In this document: in pieces, positions 8,728 through 16,903 of the stretch
How positions within the stretch are numbered: the stretch's first letter is position 1
Layout of the letters: every line of letters starts with the position of its first letter
Origin: Candidatus Woesearchaeota archaeon
GTDB lineage: Archaea > Nanobdellota > Nanobdellia > Woesearchaeales > WJIZ01
Assembly: GCA_018221205.1 (NCBI GenBank)
Contig: JAAOYF010000034.1
Coordinates: forward strand, 1 to 34,771
Direction of reading: 5' to 3'
DNA length: 34,771 nt
Position numbers and translations under genes: made by a program
The notes under the pieces: model-generated
Database searches by the model: none
The model's input: the letters and a program-made list of their open reading frames with translations, nothing else
What the model was told of the DNA's origin: nothing

Positions 8728-9270
8728 TTACCCCTCCAAATGTTTCAATAACTGCAAGACAGCTTTTCTCCTGAACTGTTTCTTCTCCTTGACATCTTCT
8801 GTCTCTCCATAAGTCTGAGAGCTTCCTTCAGGAAGGAAGATAGGATCATGACCAAAACCAAAACTGCCTCTCTCTTCAAGAGCGATTGTCCCTTTCTCTT
8901 CACCGAGAAACGTGATTGCTTTTTCACCTGGCACACAATACCCTACAGCACTCCGATACACACACGATCTATCAGAAACACCATCCATCAGCCTCAATAA
9001 TCCTTTCAGACCGATCTGTTTGTGGATAGGCGCACTATATACCCCAGGAAATCCATTCAAGACATCGATAAACAATCCAGAATCTTCAACAACGATAGCT
9101 TTTTGATACTTCTCAGCAAGTTGTTGAGCAGACTCCAAAGCAACCTCTTCCGGATTGCTGCTTTGTATCTCTATATATTCCTCATCGATCTGCTCTACTT
9201 CCATACCTTCTAGAATCTGTTTAAATTCTGCAACCTTACCTTTATTGTGTGTAGCAAAGAAGATTTTCAT
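8728..9270 (-). CDS. rdgB: RdgB/HAM1 non-canonical purine NTP pyrophosphatase
   Basis: Start moved to ATG 9270 (MKIFFATHNKGKVAE); EDSGLFI, FPGVYS and GFGHDPIF motifs. Confidence 0.9.
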   Translation of the reverse strand: MKIFFATHNKGKVAEFKQILEGMEVEQIDEEYIEIQSSNPEEVALESAQQLAEKYQKAIVVEDSGLFIDVLNGFPGVYSAPIHKQIGLKGLLRLMDGVSDRSCVYRSAVGYCVPGEKAITFLGEEKGTIALEERGSFGFGHDPIFLPEGSSQTYGETEDVKEKKQFRRKAVLQLLKHLEG

Positions 9271-9282
9271 TTTATTTGACCC

Positions 9283-9384
9283 GGGGAACTTTATGTTCCC
9301 CTGTGCTCCTACAAGAATCAAAGATTCTTGAGGTTCCGAAATCATTTGATTTCGGTAACTTTGCCGAGGATTTCGAAAATCCTC
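9283..9384. repeat. Array of four tandem short hairpins in the asnS-rdgB spacer
   Basis: GGGGAAC/GTTCCCC (9283-9301), CAAGAATC/GATTCTTG (9312-9330), CCGAAATC/GATTTCGG (9336-9355), GAGGATTT/AAATCCTC (9366-9384). Confidence 0.88.
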
Positions 9385-10680
9385 TCATGGTTTATACCGT
9401 AGCATAGTCCGTGGAAAAGGAATAGCATCTTTGATGTTGTCAGAACCGCATAACCAGGCGATGACTCGTTCTATACCGACACCATAGCCAGAGTGAGGCA
9501 CGCTTCCATATTTTCGAAGATCAAAATACCATTCATAATTGCTGATATCCTCTCCTTCTTTCTTCAGATCCTTTTTCATCTCTTCAATATCAGTGCTTCT
9601 CTGACTTCCACCGATAATCTCCCCATGACCTTCAGGAGCGAGCATGTCAAAACAAAGCGCTTCTTCTTTGTTCTTGGGATCTCGAGGCTTGTAGAAAGCC
9701 ATGACCTCTTTTGGATAATGCGTAACGACAATTGGAGTATCGAAATGTTCCATGAGTTTATCTTCTTCAATTGTCCTGAGATCCTTCCCAAACTCGATCG
9801 CGAGCTTGGCTTTTTCTTTTAGAATCTTTATTGCTTCTTTATACTTGATAGTCGGCCATTTCTTCTCTGAAATCTTGATCAGTTTTTTTGGATCCCTGTT
9901 CAAAAGAGCAAATTCCTCAGCACACCTTTCAGCAGTCTGTTTCATGCAATATTTTATTTCCTTCTTCGCAAATTCAGTAACTTCAGTTAAATCAAACCAG
10001 GCAGCTTCCATCTCTGCCATCCAGAATTCAGATAGGTGCCTTGATGTCTTAGATTTTTCAGCTCTGAACGTCGGAGACATATTATATATTTTCTCCAAAG
10101 AAAAGACAGCTGCTTCAGCATAGAGCTGCCATGATTGCGCTAAATAGGTCTTATCTTTGTAATACTTTACTTCAAATAAAGTAGAGCCGCCTTCACACTG
10201 GTTGGGCTGAAGAATCGGCGCATCGAATCTGGTGAATCCTTCTTTCCGAAAGAATTCATCACGAGCCTGTACATAAGCACTCCTTATTTTCATGACAGCA
10301 GTTAATTTTCTGCTCCTGATCCAAAGATGCCTCTTATCGAGTAAAAACTCAGGTGATTGGTCTTTCGTAATGGGATAAGTATCACTCTCCCCGACAACAG
10401 CAAAGTCTGAAACAAGGATTTCATATCCAGTTGGGGCTCTTTTGTCTTCTTTTATCTCTCCGGTTATCTCCATCGAAGCTTCGATCTGGACTTTTTTGGC
10501 AATAAGAAATTTCTCCTCACCAACATCTTCTTTAGAAATAACACATTGGATGATATTTGAGCTGTCTCGGAGAACAATGAACTTCAGTTTATTCGAACCT
10601 CTCTCACGATACACCCAGCCTCTGACACTTACTTTGCCAGAGCCTTTTTTCATCGCTTCTTGTATACTAGTGAACTTCAT
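9385..10680 (-). CDS. asnS: Asparagine--tRNA ligase
   Basis: OB-fold N-terminus; CEGGSTLF, LAQSWQLY, FRAEKSKTSRHLSEFWMAEME and WYFDLRKYGSVPHSGYGVGIER. Confidence 0.9.
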   Translation of the reverse strand: MKFTSIQEAMKKGSGKVSVRGWVYRERGSNKLKFIVLRDSSNIIQCVISKEDVGEEKFLIAKKVQIEASMEITGEIKEDKRAPTGYEILVSDFAVVGESDTYPITKDQSPEFLLDKRHLWIRSRKLTAVMKIRSAYVQARDEFFRKEGFTRFDAPILQPNQCEGGSTLFEVKYYKDKTYLAQSWQLYAEAAVFSLEKIYNMSPTFRAEKSKTSRHLSEFWMAEMEAAWFDLTEVTEFAKKEIKYCMKQTAERCAEEFALLNRDPKKLIKISEKKWPTIKYKEAIKILKEKAKLAIEFGKDLRTIEEDKLMEHFDTPIVVTHYPKEVMAFYKPRDPKNKEEALCFDMLAPEGHGEIIGGSQRSTDIEEMKKDLKKEGEDISNYEWYFDLRKYGSVPHSGYGVGIERVIAWLCGSDNIKDAIPFPRTMLRYKP

Positions 10681-12383
10681 TTTAACCCCAATTCATCCAA
10701 CTGTTTCTTATCAACTGGTCCAGGACTGCCATCCATCGGACATTCTGCATTCTTATTTTTTGGAAAAGCAATCACTTCTCGGATATCATGGGTGCCGCAT
10801 AAAATTGCAACAAGTCGATCAAAGCCCAATCCCATACCTCCGTGGATAGGAGCGCCATACTTATAGGCCTCGAGCAAATAGCCGAATTTCTTCATAGCAA
10901 CCTCTTCTTTCAGGCCGATGATTTTCATCACTTTCTTCTGGATTGAAGTATCATGGATTCGGATCCCGCCTGACCCAAGTTCAGTGCCATTCAACACAAT
11001 ATCAAAGAGATTAGCCATGACTTTGCCAGGGTCCTTCTCCAACAAAGGAAGGTGCTCTTTTTTAGGCATCGAGAACATATGATGGCTCGGACTCCAACTT
11101 TTCTCATCTTCATCCCACTCAAAAAGAGGAAAATCAACAACCCAGCAGAATTTAAAGGAATCTTTCTTCCTCAATTCCAAAGAATCACCTAACTTTAATC
11201 GTAATTTACCAAGAACATCATTGACTGTCTCTTTTTTATCAGCGACAAACAATAAAACACCTTTCTTGCCGAGTTTAAGGAGGTCTTTCTCGATTCCTTT
11301 CATGAATTTAGCAATAGGCCCTTCAAGTTCTTTGCCTAATTTCAACCAAGCCAATCCTTTAGCACCTTCTTCTTTGGCAAATTTCTCTAAAGCTTCAATC
11401 TCCTTCCGGGAATAATCCTTCTCGACATGGATGCATTTCACCGTCTCTGCAGAAGTAAAGATCTTGAATTCACTTTTCTTAACTAAAGCAGTAACATCAA
11501 TAAGTTCCATTCCAAATCTAATATCTGGTTTGTCAGTGCCAAATCTATTCATCGCTTCTTCATAAGAAAAGACAGGAAATTGAGGATCAGCTTTCTTGCC
11601 TAATTTCTTCATGATATGCTTAAATAACCCTTCTACAAAATGCATGATCTCTTTTTCATCAACAAAACTCATCTCAAAATCCATCTGAGTATGCTCTGGC
11701 TGCCTGTCTTGCCGAAGATCTTCATCTCGCAAACAGCGGGCAAACTGATAATATCTATCCACTCCAGAGATCATCAGGATCTGCTTGTAGATTTGAGGAC
11801 TTTGAGGCAATGCATAGAACTTTCCTTTATTCACACGAGAAGGCACAACATAATCTCGCGCACCCTCAGGAGTGCTTCGAATAAGCAAAGGTGTTTCAAT
11901 CTCCAGAAATCCATGTGAATTAAAGAATTCACGGGCAGCCATTGAAGCATTATGCCGCAATTTAAGATTTCGTTGCATCTCTGGTTTGCGTAGATCAAGA
12001 TAACGATATTTCAAACGAGTCTCTTCAGTTGATTGCACATCTCCAAAGATTTCCATAGGCAGAGGAGCAGCTTTTCCAATCAAATCTAGACTATCGGCAA
12101 AAACCTCGATATCTCCAGTAGGGATATCTTTATTCACACTATGCCTCTTGGTGACCTTGCCAGAAATGGCAATCACATCTTCTCTATTAAGCTTAAGGGC
12201 ATGAGTATACATCTCTTTATTGTGCTGAGGATTAAAGACTATCTGGGTATGGCCCTCTCTATCCCGTAGATCAACAAAGATAAGGCCACCATGGTCTCTT
12301 CGTTTATGCATCCAACCCATCAAAGAAACAGTCTTGCCAGAATCCTTTCCCCTCAACGCATTGCAATCATGGCTTCTCTTCAT
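10677..12383 (-). CDS. aspS: Aspartate--tRNA ligase, bacterial type with GAD insertion
   Basis: RRDHGGLIFVDLRD, RLKYRYLDLR, STPEGARDY, ALPQSPQ, RFGTDKPDIRF plus a GAD-like insert, and GAPIHGGMGLGFDRL; 568 aa. Confidence 0.95.
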   Translation of the reverse strand: MKRSHDCNALRGKDSGKTVSLMGWMHKRRDHGGLIFVDLRDREGHTQIVFNPQHNKEMYTHALKLNREDVIAISGKVTKRHSVNKDIPTGDIEVFADSLDLIGKAAPLPMEIFGDVQSTEETRLKYRYLDLRKPEMQRNLKLRHNASMAAREFFNSHGFLEIETPLLIRSTPEGARDYVVPSRVNKGKFYALPQSPQIYKQILMISGVDRYYQFARCLRDEDLRQDRQPEHTQMDFEMSFVDEKEIMHFVEGLFKHIMKKLGKKADPQFPVFSYEEAMNRFGTDKPDIRFGMELIDVTALVKKSEFKIFTSAETVKCIHVEKDYSRKEIEALEKFAKEEGAKGLAWLKLGKELEGPIAKFMKGIEKDLLKLGKKGVLLFVADKKETVNDVLGKLRLKLGDSLELRKKDSFKFCWVVDFPLFEWDEDEKSWSPSHHMFSMPKKEHLPLLEKDPGKVMANLFDIVLNGTELGSGGIRIHDTSIQKKVMKIIGLKEEVAMKKFGYLLEAYKYGAPIHGGMGLGFDRLVAILCGTHDIREVIAFPKNKNAECPMDGSPGPVDKKQLDELGLK

Positions 12384-12468
12384 TCATTTCATTAGTTCAG
12401 AGAGAATTTATAAAGGTTGTGCACCCTATCATAATCATCTTTTTAAACAGTATCCTAATTCTAATACC

Positions 12469-12705
12469 ATGGCAGGAAGCTGGATCGTTACAATGAAGAA
12501 TGGCACCCTACCTGATTTCGGAGTAGGTAGTATATCACCCATACATCAAGAGCAAGCACATAGATTTGAAGAAGGGGGCAGAGACATTCTTGAAGGTACC
12601 TATCGCCTCACCCTTCCCGATTTTGTCGATATGTGTAATCCTGATGCATTTTTTCGAGATACAGGTATAGAGATATGCATTTCAGCCAGGGAAGGTGCCT
12701 ATTGA
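12469..12705 (+). CDS. Short hypothetical protein, possibly a frameshifted gene extending to 12823
   Basis: ATG 12469 with TTTTAAA about 22 nt upstream; 78 aa. A +1 frame stays open from 12671 to 12823. Confidence 0.45.
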   Translation: MAGSWIVTMKNGTLPDFGVGSISPIHQEQAHRFEEGGRDILEGTYRLTLPDFVDMCNPDAFFRDTGIEICISAREGAY

Positions 12706-12832
12706 CAGGCCATGGCAACTTGTTCTAGCGTATCGAGATTCACTAGAAAGGGCAGAAGAAGCGACAGTAGTAGGTTATCAAGCACATCATCCAAGAGATA
12801 TGCTTAAAAAGAATCCAATATAAGATCCTATT

Positions 12833-13528
12833 ATGACAAATGAACTCCTTTGGATCCTATTCTTAATATTCTCTTATCTGGGCATCATGCTGGTCTACAA
12901 GTTCTTTGGAAGAAGTGGATTGTATGCCTGGACAGCCATGGCAGTAATCGTAGCGAACATCCAGGTGATGAAGACCATAGAGATATTCGGCTTCGTCACT
13001 GCTCTAGGAAATATAATCTACGGCTCTACTTTCTTGGTAACAGACATCTTATGCGAGAACCATGGAAAAAAAGAAGGAAGAAAAGCAGTCCTCCTAGGAT
13101 TCTTCATATTAGTAGCAGTAACGATATTGATGCAGCTCTCCTTGATGTTCATACCCCATGAATCAGATATATTAAATCCGGCCTTGCAGCAGATCTTCGG
13201 CCTTCTGCCGAGGATAGCCATTGCTTCATTGTCAGCCTATCTAATCTCCCAGACCTTTGATGTTTGGCTCTATAATAAGATAAAAGAAGCGACAAAAGAG
13301 AAACACCTCTGGCTCAGGAACAATGCCTCAACAATGGCCTCTCAATTGATTGACAATCTTATCTTCACTTGGATCGCTTTTGTGGGCTTTGGAGTGTTCT
13401 GGCCGCAGCTCTTCGGATGGCCCATCATCATCTCCATTTTCTTCACCTCTTACGTGATGAAATGGATCGTCGCAATCTTAGATACTCCTTTCTTATATCT
13501 GGCAAGAAAAATGAAGAATGGCGCCTAA
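12833..13528 (+). CDS. yhhQ: Queuosine precursor transporter (YhhQ/COG1738, VUT family)
   Basis: Multi-TM protein with ANIQVMK, GNIIYGSTFLVTDILCE, ASLSAYLISQTFDV, LWLRNNASTMASQLID and DTPFLY. Confidence 0.9.
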   Translation: MTNELLWILFLIFSYLGIMLVYKFFGRSGLYAWTAMAVIVANIQVMKTIEIFGFVTALGNIIYGSTFLVTDILCENHGKKEGRKAVLLGFFILVAVTILMQLSLMFIPHESDILNPALQQIFGLLPRIAIASLSAYLISQTFDVWLYNKIKEATKEKHLWLRNNASTMASQLIDNLIFTWIAFVGFGVFWPQLFGWPIIISIFFTSYVMKWIVAILDTPFLYLARKMKNGA

Positions 13529-14132
13529 AAAAGACTATGAAGAAGAAGCTTTCAAGAAGATTCATGCGAAGTTCGGAAAAGCATCCCAGACACTGATCAA
13601 GGAATTTCATGAGCTCTATAGAAAAGTAGACAGCAAGAGCCGTTCTCATCTCTACTATGTTTCTTCGGAAAATTTCATCAAGGACTGTGCCAATATCATC
13701 GAAGAGTCATACAATCAAGGAAAATACCAGATAATCGTGACCTTTGATCTCCGCACGAGAGATCTTGCCTTCAATCTCAAGGATAGGGGCATTGATTTAG
13801 AAGAGTGGCTTCATTTTGTCGACTGTATTTCTTATGCGACAGGGCATGGCGCTCCTCCGGTATTCAACCTCTTCTGCCTCAACCAACCAGATGAGTTCGA
13901 GAACATCTTCTATTATACTATCATGCACCTGTTGAAGCTCTATCCTGAAAACACCACAGTATCAGTCATATCCCCCTCGACCTTCCTCAATTACTCAAAT
14001 TATAATGATGTCGGCGTCTTCTTCCATTGGTTCATCGAGAAGCTGAACGAGCGCGGCATAAACGTCAATCTTTTATACAGGGAAGATGCAGACAATATTC
14101 TGCATGATATTCTGCAGAGAGAAGTAGGATGA
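13518..14132 (+). CDS. Hypothetical protein, probable inactive RecA/KaiC-like fold (paralogue 1)
   Basis: Overlaps the yhhQ stop; IIVTF...LKDRGID...LHFVDCIS pattern with no Walker A; clearly similar to the next ORF. Confidence 0.6.
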   Translation: MAPKKDYEEEAFKKIHAKFGKASQTLIKEFHELYRKVDSKSRSHLYYVSSENFIKDCANIIEESYNQGKYQIIVTFDLRTRDLAFNLKDRGIDLEEWLHFVDCISYATGHGAPPVFNLFCLNQPDEFENIFYYTIMHLLKLYPENTTVSVISPSTFLNYSNYNDVGVFFHWFIEKLNERGINVNLLYREDADNILHDILQREVG

Positions 14133-14782
14133 TAGACGATGCTGAATTGAGGGTTGAGAAAAGGCTAGTTGATAAGATAATCAAGAAAGTAGGCACGCTC
14201 TCGGAAGAATGGCAGGGCAATGTCCATGGATTCTTCAGGAAATACGCAGTAAGAGAACTGCCCAAGATCTTCATGGTCGATGAATATAACCTTGTACAGG
14301 AAGCTGCAGACGTCGCCGTCGAGATGCTCGCAAGCAACGATAAGGTGCTCATCATTACCTTCAATACCGAAACACGGGATTTAGTGGACAACATAAGCAA
14401 AGCAGGCGTTGAGACCGATGACAGGGTCTTTGTCATCGACACCATGTCCATCAAACAAGGCTACGGCACCCCTCCAGTAAAAAACCTCTACTGCATCAAT
14501 AACCCTACTGATTTCGATGAGATATTCGTCTATGCAAACCTCCTGATGGAAAGGATGAAAGGCTCAACAATAACAGCAATCATGGTCGCCCCCCATGAAT
14601 TGATGAAGCTGACTGATTTCTATGGCATGAAGACAGATTATAACGATGTCGGCATCTTCATCCAGTGGTTCTTTGACAGGCTTGCAGAAAGAGACATACC
14701 TTTGATGTTTGTCTATCCAAAGACAGGAGATAGGATTCTTGCTGAGATGATAAAAAGATTGGTGGATAAACAGGCAGAATAA
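14129..14782 (+). CDS. Hypothetical protein, probable inactive RecA/KaiC-like fold (paralogue 2)
   Basis: ATGA overlap with paralogue 1; shares G.PPV.NL.C.N.P..F..IF.Y and YNDVG.F..WF...L.ER.I with it. Confidence 0.6.
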   Translation: MIDDAELRVEKRLVDKIIKKVGTLSEEWQGNVHGFFRKYAVRELPKIFMVDEYNLVQEAADVAVEMLASNDKVLIITFNTETRDLVDNISKAGVETDDRVFVIDTMSIKQGYGTPPVKNLYCINNPTDFDEIFVYANLLMERMKGSTITAIMVAPHELMKLTDFYGMKTDYNDVGIFIQWFFDRLAERDIPLMFVYPKTGDRILAEMIKRLVDKQAE

Positions 14783-14784
14783 GT

Positions 14785-15081
14785 CTAGCTTTGCCAGGCA
14801 GGCATCTTCTTCATATACTCCTCAGCCAGTTTCTCAGCTTCTTCATCTGATTCCACTCTTTCGCCCATGACAGTGATGGCATCAGGGCTGAAGAATAATT
14901 TCTTGATATGCTGCTTTACTTCCTCTTTATCTTTGTAGCTGCCGTCAGGCTTGCAGCAATCTTTGCAGCGGGCATTATGAGGATCTCCTCCACCACAATC
15001 AGAAGGCTTCATAAGTCGTATGCCACAGCTTTCACAGTACTTGAACGCCGGTGCTTCTCCCTTCCTTTCTACATCAGCCAT
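14785..15081 (-). CDS. Stand-alone putative zinc-ribbon protein (Zn_ribbon_2-like)
   Basis: YCESCGIRL...CKDCC..DGSY and terminal MPAW; overlaps the 3' end of tgt by 13 nt. Confidence 0.7.
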   Translation of the reverse strand: MADVERKGEAPAFKYCESCGIRLMKPSDCGGGDPHNARCKDCCKPDGSYKDKEEVKQHIKKLFFSPDAITVMGERVESDEEAEKLAEEYMKKMPAWQS

Positions 15082-16256
15082 TTTTTCTTCATTTGCTTAA
15101 ACGTTCCTTCTTTTATACTTTTTCTTATGGAATCAAGCAAGTGCAGCATGAAATAGACATTATGATATGAAGCCAGTCTGAAATAACTTAATTCATTGAC
15201 CGTATAAAGATGCCGCAAGTAAGCCCGGGAATAATTCTTGCATACCATACAGCTGCAACCAGGGTCTATGGGCTTTGTATCTCCCTTGAAACGAGCACTT
15301 TTGATATTGATTCTGAATTTATTCTTAAAGCGACCTCCATTGCGAGGAGAGATATACACGCTTCCTCGGCGTGCATTTCGCGTTACCGAAACACAATCAA
15401 AAGTATCAATCCCGCGAGAGACACATTCAAAGATATCATCGATCTCTCCGATGCCAAGAAGATGCCGGGGACGGTCATCCAATAACGGAATGACCCATTC
15501 AAGGATCTGATGCATATCCTTTTTGCTCTTCCCTAAGCTGCCACCGATCGCGATTCCCTTAAAACCAAGATTATTGATAAAGGCAGCACTTTCAACACGA
15601 AGATCCCTGAACCAACCACCCTGGACAATTCCGTATAATGCTTGTTTCTTATCATGATATTTCAAAGAGTCCTTTGCCCATCGATGAGTCCTCTCCAAGG
15701 CCTTTGAAGTATAGGCCTTATCAGAAAGAGGACTGGTACATTCATCAAAAGCCATGATCACATCACTCCCAAGAACACTTTGGATCTGCATACTTTTCTT
15801 TGCATCCATAAAGTGCCACGTCCCATCATACACGCTTTGGAACTTGACCCCCTTACCAGTCACTTTGGCCATCTTTTTCTTGGTCGGCAATACACGTCTG
15901 CCTTCCGGAAAGATGCTGCCTAATTTATTGATATTATGTTCCATCCCAAAGCCCAGAGAAAAGGCCTGAAACCCCCCAGAATCAGAGAAAAGAGGTTTAT
16001 CAAAATGCATGAAGCCCCGTACACCGTTAAATTTCTTCAATACTTCCTCACCAGGTCGAAGATAAAGATGATAGGTATTAGCAAGACTGCATTGAGCTCC
16101 CAATGCATGGAGATCATCAGAATCCAGTGCCCTGACACTTCCCAGTGTAGCAACAGGAATCAAATAAGGCGTCTCTATCTTTCCATGCGTTGTAGAAATA
16201 ACACCAGTTCGTGCTTTTCCTTCTTTTTTAAGGATCTTGAAAGAAAACATTTTCAC
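15069..16256 (-). CDS. tgt: Bacterial-type tRNA-guanine(34) transglycosylase (queuine/preQ1-inserting)
   Basis: ANTYHLYLRPG, DSGGFQ, FDEC, GIVQGG, RHLLGIG, DTFDCV and Zn site CSCMVC...HN; no C-terminal PUA region. GTG start at 16256 (alternative ATG at 16250). Confidence 0.93.
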   Translation of the reverse strand: MKMFSFKILKKEGKARTGVISTTHGKIETPYLIPVATLGSVRALDSDDLHALGAQCSLANTYHLYLRPGEEVLKKFNGVRGFMHFDKPLFSDSGGFQAFSLGFGMEHNINKLGSIFPEGRRVLPTKKKMAKVTGKGVKFQSVYDGTWHFMDAKKSMQIQSVLGSDVIMAFDECTSPLSDKAYTSKALERTHRWAKDSLKYHDKKQALYGIVQGGWFRDLRVESAAFINNLGFKGIAIGGSLGKSKKDMHQILEWVIPLLDDRPRHLLGIGEIDDIFECVSRGIDTFDCVSVTRNARRGSVYISPRNGGRFKNKFRINIKSARFKGDTKPIDPGCSCMVCKNYSRAYLRHLYTVNELSYFRLASYHNVYFMLHLLDSIRKSIKEGTFKQMKKKWLM

Positions 16257-16822
16257 ACTTTGTCTTTCATCTTCAGTTGAAAGACAAGATCATCTAACTT
16301 TCGGATATCGTATTTGATGCCATCATATTTCCGTCTTAGTTCTCCATTGCGGAAATCAAATTTTGACAGCTCAATATACATCTGCTCCAGAAACTTCCTG
16401 ATCTTCACAGCCATCGGATAATTCTCTTTGATGCATGAATTGATGGCCTTCCTTACTAATTCCCCAGAGAGATCGCATAATCCCATCAGATAGAACTCAG
16501 GATCCTCAAATTCCTCAGAATAAACTAAGAATTTATCATTCTTAACAAACTCATATAAGCTTAATGCTTCGACATATTCCTGGATCGCGACTTTGAAGAT
16601 ACCTTCATGCTGCAGTTTTCCTTTTGATTCTTTCTTCAAGCCCGCAACATCTTCCTTCATCTGTTTAAGGACAGCAGCAGCCTCAGGAAGCGTATCCCTA
16701 TGGATAGAGCCGATAGCTGTTTTGGATTTCTGGATAATCTTTCTGCTGGAACGGATGACTTTCTCCCGTTTCTTGTCATAGCTACTAAATTTTTTCCGTA
16801 TCTGCTCAAGGTTGATTTTCAT
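16253..16822 (-). CDS. Translin/Trax (C3PO-like) family protein
   Basis: Start moved to ATG 16822 (MKINLEQ), with a TATA box about 23 nt upstream; REKVIRSSR, QEYVEA, YLMGLCDLSGELVR and LRRKYD motifs. Confidence 0.85.
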   Translation of the reverse strand: MKINLEQIRKKFSSYDKKREKVIRSSRKIIQKSKTAIGSIHRDTLPEAAAVLKQMKEDVAGLKKESKGKLQHEGIFKVAIQEYVEALSLYEFVKNDKFLVYSEEFEDPEFYLMGLCDLSGELVRKAINSCIKENYPMAVKIRKFLEQMYIELSKFDFRNGELRRKYDGIKYDIRKLDDLVFQLKMKDKV

Positions 16823-16844
16823 AGTGTGAAAGAACAAAGAGGCC

Positions 16845-16880
16845 TATTTAAAAATGTCGATTTAGCATAACCTTTAAATA
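16845..16880. promoter_or_regulatory. Divergent TATA boxes for the translin-tgt operon and the membrane-protein operon
   Basis: tatttaaaaa (16845-16854, read on the minus strand) and tttaaata (16873-16880), each about 23 nt from an ATG. Confidence 0.55.
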
Positions 16881-16903
16881 CCAATAACTCAAAGAATAGG
16901 TAT

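Noticed and set aside
12706..12832. preQ1 riboswitch upstream of yhhQ
   Set aside because: I could not identify the preQ1-I stem and loop consensus. An Infernal/Rfam scan would be decisive.
15069..16256. Archaeosine TGT or DNA-modifying DpdA
   Set aside because: Motifs and length match bacterial tRNA TGT; there is no PUA domain and no dpd or restriction genes nearby.
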